A program made the position numbers and the translations under genes. DNA of 64,000 bases, from the NCBI GenBank assembly GCA_965113315.1, contig OZ220369.1; one strand, 5' to 3'. Source of the stretch: Podarcis vaucheri. Taxonomy: Eukaryota. Below the pieces are notes generated by a model. That model was not told the DNA's origin. It ran no database searches and worked only from the letters and a program-made list of their open reading frames with translations. Positions 25,352-37,345 of this stretch are shown here, piece after piece (position 1 is the stretch's first letter; every line of letters begins with the position of its first letter).

Positions 25352-25604
25352 GTGTGGTGTAGTGGTTAAGAGCGGTAGTCTCGTAATCTGGGGGACCGGG
25401 TTCGCGTCTCCGCTCCTCCACATGCAGCTGCTGGGTGACCTTGGGCCAGTCACACTTCTTTGAAGTCTCTCAGCCCCACTCACCTCACAGAGTGTTTGTT
25501 GTGGGGGAGGAAGGGCAAGGAGAATGTTAGCCGCTTTGAGACTCCTTCGGGTAGTGATAAAGCGGGATATCAAATCCAAACTCTTCTTCTTCTTCTTCTT
25601 CCCA
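25352..25604 (+). mobile_element. Squam3-like tRNA SINE, unit-1-specific
   Basis: gtgtggtgtagtggttaagagcgg head, (CTT)n tail, TSD ttcttccca. Empty site at ~56605. Confidence 0.85.
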
Positions 25605-26318
25605 ACCTCATACTGTTTGCAACACTAACGTCTCACAACAAATGAAACTGATCTGTAGAATACACAACTTGAAAAAAGAGACAATGCACATATTTTTGTA
25701 TACTGATAAATATTTAATAAATATTATTTTAAAACAACAACTATCAGGCTGACTATGCCTAGAACCAGACAGAATTCTATCTGCTGCAATTAGATTATCT
25801 GCTGATCATATGCTATGTCTAAGGTGGGGCTTAGCAGGCTCATGGAAAAATGTATTCAGTCCTTGGGGAAGTTTCTTGGAACAACTTCCATTAACCAGCT
25901 TCTTGGTGCTCTGTGCTGCCTTGCTGAGAACCTGTGTTCTTTTTGTTTGTGACTTTGGCCTGTGACTGGACTTTGCTTCTCTTATTGACCACCCCCTCAA
26001 TGTGACCTTAGGTTGTGAACCCAACCTTGCTCTCTGGACTGCCCCATAAGTAGACTCCCACCCCTGGCATCCTTATCCCCTGAAGCAGTACAGTAGCCCT
26101 GTCCATATCACCATTCCCCAAGACCAGAGCTTCAGTTGGAGAGCCGACCACAAAATTCATTGTAATAATTATTGCACATTGACACAAATCCCCCACGTTT
26201 TACAACTTTAAATATTTATATAGATTGCCAATCATAACTGTAGCTATTTGAAAAAACTCATTGATGGAAAAAACGTCCTGCAGCATCATGTCTCACTTAT
26301 CTTTCTTTCCCTTCCTAG

Positions 26319-26590
26319 TTTGTGAATACTGCCTGCTATTCTTTATTGATGAATGTTCAGTTCATGGTTCTCCAGTTTTCATCAAGGATACAGCAGTAGA
26401 AATAGGACTGGAAGAGAGGGCCACCCTCACTTTACCTCCAGGTTTGAGAATTGGCCCATCAGGTATCCCCAAAGCTGGCTTTGGAGTCTGGAATGAAGGA
26501 GAAATTCTGCCTCCAGGAATTCATTTTGGGCCCTATGAAGGGAAAATCACAGAGGAAGAAGAAGCAGCCAACAGTGGTTATTCTTGGCTG
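26319..26590 (+). CDS. PRDM9: PRDM9 copy B exon 7 (pre-SET zinc knuckle and PR/SET start)
   Basis: [17 protein letters not shown]...[22 protein letters not shown]...[23 protein letters not shown]|gtatg. Confidence 0.97.
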
Positions 26591-27427
26591 GTATGATTTA
26601 CTCACAGCACTTTTATTTTAAAAAAATTCCATGTAGAGTACCACCTTGCTGAATGAACAAACCCCACCCTCCAGGCAGAGTCAAATGACTTTGTTCAGTG
26701 CTCCTTCCCTTTACAATGTCAAGCTTGTGAGTACAGGAAGTAGAACCTTCTTCCTGATGGAGCCAAAGTGTTGGAACTCCCTCCTTAGAGAAGTCTTGTT
26801 CCTTCATCCTTTTAAGTTTTATGAAAGTGATCAAGAAAGTTTCTGCCTTTTCTGTTTAATAATCCTCTGTTTTTAAGTATGATTTGATGGAATATCAATT
26901 ATGAATAAACTTCCTTGAATGTTGTAGAAGTGGGCTAAAAATTGTATGTTAAAATGCATTTAACGAAAGAAAATTTGAAACAATAACTCAGAATGGTGAA
27001 CTTTTTCATTTTAGTGTATCAGAACTCAAATGTTAATGAATACAAGTAATCCTATTGTTGTCTGTCACCACCCAATGTTGAAACACAATTTGAATTGCAG
27101 CAAGATCATAGATGGTTCAATGCAGAATTGTCAGGGCCTTGCAGGACGTAGACAAATGTGCACTGGGGTAGCGGGGCTGGAGTCGGGAGAGGGGATCTGT
27201 TGTGGCAACCTGTACCAGCCAGGGGGCAAGAGTCAGACAGGGGAAGCTTCAGAGCTGGAGGTTGGAGCACAGGATGTGTTGGAGGCAGAGGGGAAAGAGG
27301 CAGGTCAGGCAAGGGAAGAGTTGGGTTCTTCCCCATACTCTCCTGCACCACTGTCTCCTAAAACCAGGAGGGGATTGAAGAAGGAAGAGCAGAGACAGCT
27401 TCCATGCAGGTGTAGCCACTGTGAGAG

Positions 27428-27720
27428 CCAGTGTGGTGTAGTGGTTAAGAGCGGTAGTCTCGTAATCTGGGGAACCGGGTTTGCGTCTCCGCTCCTCCAC
27501 ATGCAGCTGCTGGGTGACCTTGGGCCAGTCACACTTCTCTGAAGTCTCTCAGCCCCACTCACCTCACAGAGTGTTTGTTGTGGGGGAGGAAGGGAAAGGA
27601 GAATGTTAGCCGCTTTGAGACTCCTGAAGGGGAGTGAAAGGCGGGATATCAAATCCAAACTCCTCCTCCTCCTCCTCTTCTTCTTCTTCTTCTTCTTCTT
27701 CTTCTTCTTCTTCTTCTTCT
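27428..27720 (+). mobile_element. Squam3-like tRNA SINE (shared by both units)
   Basis: Same family as 25352; long (CTT)n tail. Confidence 0.85.
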
Positions 27721-28149
27721 GTGGCCCATCAATGAGAGGTACATAAACTAGTTGAGGGGGTGGCTCCCCTTGTTGCTGCAACTGCTCCACAGAGCACAGG
27801 GCAGAATTAGGCAGTGTGGTTATTTGGAGCTATAGAACTACTTTCTAGATGAAGGCAAGTCCCTTCGACTCTATTCTGCCCCTGCCCTGTTCTGCCCCCT
27901 TGCTGCACCAAAAACGGCATGTGTATGCTGCTGCATGCAACTAGAATGTGCACAAGTGGGCAGTTGTTTGTACTGTAAGTGTTTGCTTGAGACAATAATG
28001 AATTAACTATCTGCTGTGTGCATCCTGGGGAGTATCTTTAACAAAAATGATTATAACTTTAAAAGCAGAAAGTACCCATCTTGACTATGGAGTCTAGCCA
28101 GATAACAGACACGTGCAGATAATATACCTATGCAATGGTGAGACATATA

Positions 28150-28843
28150 CCGTATTTTTCGCTCTATAACACGCACCTGACCATAACACGCACGTAATTT
28201 TTAGAGGAGGAAAACAAGGAAAAAAATATTCTAAACGAAACAGTGGATGTATGATTTTTGTGGTTCATGCAATGGCCACAGACATGTGATCTGACGGTGA
28301 GTTTGGGATAGCCCAATGCAAAAATCCTGAGGATCCATGTGGATCCGTGCTTTGTAACCACGTTTTAAGTGGGGAGGGAAGGAAAAGCACGCAAGGGACA
28401 AGGAGCATGCGTGGGGCGGGTGGAGAAGGATGCTGCTAATAATGCAGAAGAGGGGTATAAGGGGAGAAGGCTCCTCTCCTCTCCCGCTTTGCTCCTTTAA
28501 AACAATCAGGCTCTGCTTCTCTCCCTCCTCCCCGGCTTAGAGAGCTGAAAAGCTTTGCTGCTATTTAGCGAGCTGAGTGGGGAGGAGAGAGGGACAGAGA
28601 GCACGGTTTAAAGCAGCCAACCAGACAGGAGTCGCTTACACTTGTGTAAGCGGCTCCTCTCCCGCTTTGCTGTTTCAAAGCGAGCCACGGAGGAGGGAAG
28701 GAAGGGGAACCATGGATCCTCTGCTCACAACTGCAGCAGACCCCCCCCATGCCACCCATAGGCATTCGCTCCATAACACGCACAGACATTTCCCCTTACT
28801 TTCTAAGAGGGGAAAAGTGAGTGTTATGGTGCAAAAAATACGG
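28150..28843. mobile_element. Tc1/mariner (pogo/Tigger-like) non-autonomous element, unit-1-specific
   Basis: TA|CCGTATTTTTCGCTCTATAACACGCAC...GTGAGTGTTATGGTGCAAAAAATACGG|TA. Clean single-TA empty site at ~59092. Confidence 0.85.
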
Positions 28844-29484
28844 TACCTTAAGCAAAAAAGCCAGGGAAGTTCTTGAAATGTATTTCTCACCCAAACCAAT
28901 ATTTTATTGCTTCTGCTTATTTGTTTATTCAAAGTGAATTGTCTTATTAAAATAAAAAGTACCGTATAGTTCACCACTTAGACTATTCTAAATTATTTAA
29001 ACACCAAGTTTTAAAACTCCAGGAAAACTCCTTGAAAGAAAATGACGAGAATCCAGAAAACAAGCCTGCCAGGAAACAGAGCTACAGAATAGGTGGGGAG
29101 GGTGGCTTCATAATTAGGCAAAAGGTGAAAAGGGTTCTTAGTAGTTGCAATATGTGGGAAGAGGAAGATGCAGGATATTACCATGGAGGGGGTCTTTGTG
29201 CCTGTTGGGGTTGCACAAAAGAAGGGGGAGACATGGAGGTGAAGGTGAAAACGGGTGCAAAGCAGGGCTGCAGAAACGAGAGTTGTGCTTTCGAACATAG
29301 GTTTGAGAGGGTGAAAAGGGTTCTTAGTAGTTGCATTCAGTGGGAAGGGGAAACTCTAAGGGGGTTAATAGGGGGAAAGGGCTGATGACCAAAGCAAGCA
29401 GGGGAGCAGAGCCCCTTAACATCCTACATATTGTTGTAGTGTTACCATATTGATGTGTGTGTTTCGTGTCTATTTTAATTACAG

Positions 29485-29552
29485 ATTACTAGGGGGCAAA
29501 ACTGCTATGTTTACATTGATGGAAAGGATGAAACTAATTCCAACTGGATGAG
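29485..29552 (+). CDS. PRDM9: PRDM9 copy B exon 8 (PR/SET middle)
   Basis: 68-nt exon cag|ITRGQNCYVYIDGKDETNSNWMR|gtaaa. Confidence 0.96.
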
Positions 29553-29688
29553 GTAAACATCCTTGATCAAACTAAATGAAGAGAGACTTTTAAAACAAGG
29601 GTCTTCATACACCTGGAAAGGCCAATAGAACAGAATAACTTAAATGTCATTCTGGGTGCCTACAGGTTACCCATCCGTATTCTTAATA

Positions 29689-29888
29689 CAGTGGTACCTC
29701 GGGTTACATACGCTTCACGTTACAGACTCCGCTAACCCAGAAATAGTGCCTCGGGTTAAGAACTTTGCTTCAGGATGAGAACACAAATTGGGCAGCGGCA
29801 GCGCTGCAGGACCCATTAGTTAAAGTGGTGCTTCAGGTTAAGAACAGACCTCCAGAACGAATTAAGTACGTAACCAGAGGTACCACTG
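29689..29888. mobile_element. Tc1/mariner MITE (shared; 62798-63014 in unit 2)
   Basis: TA|CAGTGGTACCTC...GAGGTACCACTG|TA. Confidence 0.85.
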
Positions 29889-30719
29889 TATCTTTTAACT
29901 GTTGGGAGTAAAGCACAACATTTGCAATAACCTGCTTGAACTGTGGTGAGGAATAGACAGAAATGCAACCTGTTCTTCCTTCTTCACTGATTTCTTCTCT
30001 TTTAGTAAATGCTTGTCAGTAAAGTAGATCACTTCCTTTCAGGCCTTAATTCTTTTCTGCTTCTCCAAGTAGTCAGTATGAGTTAGCTTGTGCTAGTGGC
30101 TGCATCTTGGCTACATGTAAAATCTATACATAGAATGGTTCCTCCTCCAAGACTAATAAATGTTAAGTTTTATTTATCCTTTCAACAGCAGTCTTACCAG
30201 GGTATTTTTTCTGCATACTGCTTTGCAAATTGTGCACTATTTACCAAAGTTCAGTAGTGCCAGTACTAGAGAGAGAAGTGGCACCTTTCAAAGGTAAAAA
30301 GAATATCTTGGTTTGGAAAGAGAGTGGTGGGCCACTAAACTGCTTAGTAGGATCAGTCAAAGCTATGGGTTCATCATTCCTAGTAGAGCAAATGCCTGGT
30401 AGTCTGCATAAGTCTTGCTTCTGAAATGAATGGGAGGAGCAACCCAGACAAATATATTCTTCTACCACCATAAAAAAAAGAAAGTGAAGTTACCACAGGT
30501 AAGAAGACCAAAGTTTATTTTACAAAATTCTGTTGTGTGTTGTAACCTCCAGTGTATAATATGCCCAGTGTTCAACAAATTTAAAATATTTCAGCTGTAC
30601 ATTTCATTACTTGAATAATAGAAGAAAGTAATGCGATTGTTATGCTTCATAGTACTTCTCTAATTTCCAGCTTCCCTGACTGAGTACTTTTAGTTACCCT
30701 CTTAACAATGAACTTTCAG

Positions 30720-30901
30720 ATATGTTAACTGTGCCCGGAATGAGGAAGAGCAAAATCTTGTTGCCTTCCAGTATCATGGGAAAATCTACTACAGAGCATG
30801 TAAAATAATCCTTATTCATTCTGAGCTTCTGGTTTGGTATGGAGAAGAATATGGAAAGGAGCTTGGCATCAAGTGGGGCTCTAGATGGAAATCAAGAAAA
30901 G
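30720..30901 (+). CDS. PRDM9: PRDM9 copy B exon 9 (PR/SET end)
   Basis: Identical to 227-408. Confidence 0.96.
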
Positions 30902-33384
30902 GTATAATAATCATGCATTGTTTTAAATCTTCCCTAACACTGAAATCTGTTATTGCTTCTTTTGTTTGTCTTAGGCAGCATTCTCCTAGATACATCTAAT
31001 ATATCTTCATATTTCTATGTGTTATATACAGTAAATCTAAAGGACTAGTTCATAGAACCATAGAATTGTAGAGCTAGAAGGGTGGTTGAGGTAAGAGAAA
31101 TGTAGGACAGCTGGGGGAAAGCTTTCATGTTGCAGAGAAATGCACAAGGATTAGGATCAATTTTGCATGGTGAATATGTGGGCTGAAAAGACTGGTGCTG
31201 CGTTTTTGACATAGTGGTAGTGCTTGTATGACTTTTGAACATGACTCCAGTTCTTAAGTCTTCTCATATGTAGAGCATGGGAGTGGTGCCAGCCTTGAGC
31301 AGGCTGGCACAAGTCATATTGCTGCCTGCTGCAGGAAAGTGAAGTAACAACACACCTGCCAGTAATATGAGACATAGTCCACCAGGATATTATTCTGTGC
31401 CTGTCTCTTTGAAAGGAATGGAGGCGTCATACAAATATTACTATACCTCTCCTATTTATTTCAGTGGGAACTTGTGCAGTACAACATCCCCGTGGATTGT
31501 CCCACATTTGTTAAATATGGCTTTCCCCCTCAGTCAAAATCCATCAGCTGGGAGGTTGTCACACCTTGGCTCACGGTAGACCCCCTCACATAGCATGCCA
31601 ATATATTGTTGAACATCACCCCACTCTCTGAGCGGTGTGAAATTCCAGAGATTCTAGGAATGAGGGACATCAGAGTCTGTGGTGTCTTTAAGATTGATTT
31701 ATTTATTTATACAAATATACAACCTGAGCCTGTGATGGAGGGACTCACAGAATCAACACCCCAAAATATATTGCTTCTTCCATAGTCACAGCCTTTGATT
31801 CGAATAGAAATCAAGCATGTTTCTCACTTTCTGGCTTCTGCTTTGCTTCTAACCCAGGTGCCACACACAACTGGCTATTGTCCTTCTAACTACCAGTCAG
31901 GTGAGAGGGGGCACCCATTTGTCCTCTGGCACAGAACAACTTGCTTTGTTATACTATTGACCATACTTAGGGCCATTAACTCGCCAAGGAATTTGCCTGG
32001 CTAGTTAAACAATGGAATTAGAAGAGACTCCAGCATCATACAGGCTGACACACACACACCCCGCCAAGGTCACAACAATACTACAGTTGTTGTAATATTA
32101 GGAAGAATTTCATCATATACAGTAGTTGTCTCTTGTGCAAATATCTAATTTCCTCTGTATGCAGGTGTTATCTTAAAAAATGAGAAATGCATTTGGCATA
32201 GAAGAAATTCTCTCTCAGAACTATTTTAATATAGTTAAAGCACCAAAATTTAGACTTTATTTGCATTCAATAGTATTGCAGTATTTTAACACACCTCCAG
32301 ATTTTGGGTCATTCCACGCCAAATTACCTGGTGCCATGTGCTTTCATGACTCAGATTTTCTGCAATTTTTAAAATGTGTAGATACTTATGAGATAACCAA
32401 ATTAATTTTTAAAGATTTTTTGCTCCAAAATTGGGAGCAGGAGAATTTTTTGAAAATTTCGTTTTTCGCGCAATTTAGGCTTATGCAATTTCTGCGTCAG
32501 TTTAGAAAAACCCCTCAAATTAATTTTTAAAGATTTTTTTCATCCAAAATTGTGCACAGGAGAATTTTTTGAAAATTTCAATTTCTGCGCGATTTAGGCT
32601 AATGCAATTTCTGCATCAGTTTAGAAAAAAACTACTGTTTGTTTTTGTTTTTTCAGCCAGTTGGGCTTATTTTGGTATCAAAACAAAGCTAAATGTGGTC
32701 TCTTTCAAAATAAGGTATAAAAATGGTATTAAGAAAAGGGTCACTGACTATTCAAAGTGAATTTTTGTCATTTTATTCCTGGTAGGTTCGATAAGCCATA
32801 GCGCGCAAACCACAACTAACACGTGTATCATCCTTTTGTTGTAGAATGGGGTAACTATGTACTTGTTATGTTTTAAAAATAAGGAGGGTGTTTTTTGTGG
32901 TTATAAAATAAATTGATTTCTAAGAAATTTTTTTACAAAAAATATTACTTTTTTGGACAGGTTTAAGGTTTCTTTGAGCCTGAAATAATTCACACATTTG
33001 TGAGAATAGTTAAAATTAAGTTTAATTTATTATTTAATAAAAACAAAATATATCTTAGAGCCCTTGTTCATTTTATTGTGTAAAACACTTCTGCAATGAC
33101 ATGGTCAAAGCTATTTTGTTTCCCATACATGTAATATAGTCAATGATGCTGTTTTGACCACTGTATGCAATATGACCTTTCTGAATGCTGTGGCCAGTCT
33201 TGGTCTTCTTACTGCTGCTTGCTCCTTCAGGACAACCCTCTGTTTTGGCATGTGTCTTTTTCCTTGGCTCTCAGTGAGCTTGTTGGGTCCTGTAGTTTCC
33301 TAAATAATGTAGTCCCATATGCCCATTTGTCATGCATGGTTGAAAATAGCTACTAAAACTCAAATCTTGTTTGTTCTCAAATAG

Positions 33385-34844
33385 TACACAGGCAGAATTC
33401 ACGTTTGACACAGGAGCGAGGTATCACCTGTCATCAGTGTCCCTGCTGCAAATTGGCTTTCACTTTCAAAGATTACCTTCACAGACATATGAAATGGAGG
33501 CATTCAGGATATGGAATACAGCCTGAAGTACCTGAAAATGTCCTAGCAGAGAAATCTCTATTCAAAATCACAAATAGTGCTTCAAACAGAACTATGCTGC
33601 AGCACCTAGTGCCAAGTTGTGTTTACAAAGACAAAGATGAGGAGACACTGTTTTTAAAAGATATAAACAAAGAGACACAGAGTAGAACTCAGGTTTCTAG
33701 ATGCAATGAAAGTGGGACAACTTTAAAGCAGCTGTCACACCCAGCCCAACAATTATGTATAGGAGAGAGACCATGTTCATTTAGAAAGTGTGGGAGAAGT
33801 TTCAGCTACTCATCAGTGCTAGTCACTCCCATGCAAACACACACAAGAGAGAAGCCATATTCATGTAGGGAGTGTGGGAAAAGCTTCAGCCAGTCAGGAG
33901 ACCTGGCCAGCCACAAGCGAACGCACACAGGAGAGAAGCCATATTCATGTGGACAGTGTGGGAAAAGCTTCAGCCGGTCAGGACACCTGGCCAGGCACAA
34001 GCGAACGCACACAGGAGAGAAGCCATATTCATGTGGACAGTGTGGGAAAAGCTTCAGCCGGTCAGGACACCTGGCCAGCCACAAGCGAACGCACACAGGA
34101 GAGAAGCCATATTCATGTGGAGAGTGTGGGAAAAGCTTCAGCTGGTCAGGACACCTGGCCAGACACAAGCGAACGCATACAAGAGAGAAGCCATATTCAT
34201 GTGGAGAGTGTGGGAAAAGCTTCAGCTGGTCAGGAGACCTGGCTGTCCACAAGCGAATGCACACAGGAGAGAAGCCATATTCATGTGGAGAGTGTGGGAA
34301 AAGCTTTAGCCAGTCAGGACACCTGGCCAGGCACAAGCGAATGCACACAGGAGAGAAGCCATATTCATGTGAAGAATGTGGGGAAAGCTTCAGCCAGTCA
34401 GGAGACCTGGCCAGGCACAAGCGAATGCACACAGGAGAGAAGCCATATTCATGTGGAGAGTGTGGGAAAAGCTTCAGCTGTTCTGGAAACCTGGCTGTCC
34501 ACACGCGAACGCACACAGGAGAGAAGCCATATTCATGTGAAGAATGTGGGGAAAGCTTCAGCCAGTCAGGAAACCTGGCCAGACACAAGCGAACGCACAC
34601 AGGAGAGAAGCCATGTTCATGTGGAGAGTGTGGGAAAAGCTTCAGCCAGTCAGGAGACCTGGCCAGCCACAAGCGAATGCACACAGGAGAGAAGCCATAT
34701 TCATGTGAAGAATGTGGGGAAAGCTTCAGCCAGTCAGGAAACCTGGCCATCCACAAGCGAACGCACACAGGAGAGAAGCCATATTCATGTGGAGAGTGTG
34801 GGAAAAGCTTTAGCCGGTCAGGACACCTGGCCAGACACAAGTGA
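33385..34844 (+). CDS. PRDM9: PRDM9 copy B exon 10: post-SET finger and 12 C2H2 repeats, last truncated by TGA
   Basis: Spliced CDS totals 3039 nt (1012 aa plus stop). TGA at 34842-34844. Confidence 0.95.
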
Positions 34845-34865
34845 ATGCACACAGGAGAGAAGCTA
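33858..34865 (+). repeat. 84-bp zinc-finger minisatellite, 12 units (copy B)
   Basis: -1/+3/+6 residues: QDS, RHR, RHS, WHR, WDV, QHR, QDR, CNV, QNR, QDS, QNI, RHR (truncated). Confidence 0.97.
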
Positions 34866-37085
34866 CCTTAATGTAACATAGTGAATAGAGCTACCAGTTC
34901 CAGTACAGAGTGTGGTGCTGTATTTTGAATGTTTTTAGTCATAAAGTAAGCAACTCTGCATTTCTGCTCATCGAGCAGTTTTGGTGCATTGCTGTCTACT
35001 CTGTAGGAAACTTCATCAAGTGACTTTTTCTAAAGCCAGCACCACTGCTCATACCACCTCATTGTTTTAGAGCTCTTAAAGACACCATTTTGGGTATATG
35101 ACCCTAGAAGTGAGTTTTTGTGTGGCAAACCCTAGAAGTTTATTTGGTGAACTTTTTTTCACCCTTATGCTTTTTAATGCTCCACAATCTGATTAAAAAT
35201 GAAAGAAGTGCCTATGTTTTAAATGTTGAAGTTTTTTAATAAGCATTTCTTCTTGAGGGCCAATATGAAAAAGCATAGGGTGCTATACTACTTGTGGAGT
35301 TACCTGATGTAATTTATAAAGCTACATTTACATTATCTCCTGCTAGCATCTTTTTATGTTTTGCTGAAACTGTTTTCTGATGCTATACCTGATGAATCTT
35401 CACTATCCTCCTTAAATATTATTTCCAAAATGAGCCAATGTTACAATGAGGTTCAGGAGCTCTGATTTGAAGAAAAAGATTCAACCCTGACTACTAGACT
35501 CTGCCACATTTCCATCTAACAATGAAATCCCAAGATTCCATAATTCAGTTGAACAGTGCTTGCAGCTCTTGGGCTTTATTTCAATGGTCAATCATATTAT
35601 CTTAATAAATGGCTTCTTCAAAAGTGACTGCTGTTACTGTCATAAATTAAGAGATAGTTTTCAATGTAACTGTCATATACTTTTTACATTAATCTGAAAC
35701 TCTGGTCCAAATAACATACTGTATGTAAACACATATTATGAAATGTGATGCCTGCTTCTTCTAGCCAAAGTAGTTTTGTGAGGGAAACAGTCAGAAATGG
35801 AAGCAGGAGGGGAGTAAGATGCTTAATTCTTTATTTAGCTTTTCTTTTCTTCCACAGCTTTCCCTCAAGTCACTCTCCTCCAGGGGTGCCTGTTAAACTT
35901 GCATAATACATTATTTGGAACCTTGCAAGGAGAAAAGTAGCTTCAGGAGGAGTTAATTGGGAAATGTCATGCACATGTCTGTGCACAAGGATGAAATGCC
36001 TTCCTCTCCCCCCCTCCCCCATTTCAGATTTCAACCACCAAGGCTTCTTTGCCTAAAATAAACAACCACGTGGATTTGTATTAAAATGCTTTTGCATGCC
36101 ACGTATGCGTTAGCCTTGCAACTTCTCAAAACTCTTATATTTGCCAAATAATATAGTTCCACCTGCAGACAAAAGTAGAGCAAAGTACCAGGACTGAATC
36201 CTACTTGTCACAGGATAGCTGTGAATAGGATATCCTGTTGTGTTTTTGTTGTTGTTGTTGTAAGAGTTAGTAATGGCACTAGAAGAGCTAATGTGGCTTG
36301 AGACCCCAGTGCTGTGGAAGGGAGCATAGTTAATTGGTTAACCCTTCTCTCCATGCTATTTCCCTCTGAGAACTGCCTGCTTCCCTGATGATGCTACTGT
36401 ATTTAACTTCAAGGCAAACCCATACATATAATACCCATATGTGTTGCTCCACAAGGCAAGTACTAGCTGTAGGGATGCAATTTGGTTTAGGAGAAATGAC
36501 ATGGGGCAGTATCAAAAACATTTACCCTTCCTGATCCTGAAGACAGCCACTCCATCCTAAACAGCTTTACCTTGGAAGTCTTACTGACTTTATTAGGCCT
36601 TCTAAGTTAGTGAACTGAGGATCACAGGCTCTTTGCGTCTGTTATGTGTAGTAAGGGCTGATTCATATCATTCTATTAAGGTGACTGAGAGAGATGCAAT
36701 AGATATCAGATCCTGCATATTGATGTTCCATGCCATAAAGATAACACTTATATAGGCCATTCATGCATAAAATGGACAGGGTGGAAAGCCTTCATGCTAA
36801 CACTGCTTAAGTGTAGAGAGAACTACTAAAAGGCCCTTACAGCAACTGCAATATAGAGTATTATCTGAACAGTCTGTGCCACCAACTTTGTTGCCTGCCC
36901 ATGGTTGTGAATTGCTCTGGTTTTGTAAGGATAATACAGATACTTTTAAGAATAATTTAAAAGACATACTCTGTTTCACCAAAGATGGTACCAGACAAAA
37001 AACAAATTGTTCCCAGGCACAGATGGTGCATTAAGGTTTAGGCTACAAGGCATACGGGTTGTAGGAAAGAGCACTGGCTGAAGTA

Positions 37086-37345
37086 CAGTTGTACCTCGGG
37101 ATGCGAACGGGATCTGTTCTGGAGCCGCGTTCGCATCCAGAAGCAAACGTAACTAGCGATAGCTCGTCTGCGCACACGTGCGCCACTTTTTGCCGCTTCT
37201 GCGCATGCATGTGACGTCATTTTGAGCATCTGCACATGCGCGAGCGACGAAACCCGGAAGTAACACACTCTGTTACTTCCAGGTTGCCGCGGAGCGCAAC
37301 TCGAACGCGCTCAACATGAAGCATATTCAACCCGAGATATGACTG
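37086..37345. mobile_element. Tc1/mariner MITE, present only in unit 2
   Basis: TA|CAGTTGTACCTCGGG...CCCGAGATATGACTG|TA. Confidence 0.8.

Larger units (their letters stand above)
1..30493 (+). repeat. Tandem segmental duplication, unit 1 (register set by the window start)
   Basis: Position 1 (cacaggtaagaagaccaaag) recurs at 30494 and 63620. The ORF track repeats with offset ~30.5 kb (e.g. 552 vs 31045). Confidence 0.97.

Noticed and set aside
25352-25425. tRNA genes (also at 8910, 12923, 20324, 27428, 58410)
   Set aside because: These are tRNA-derived SINE heads followed by SINE bodies, tails and TSDs.
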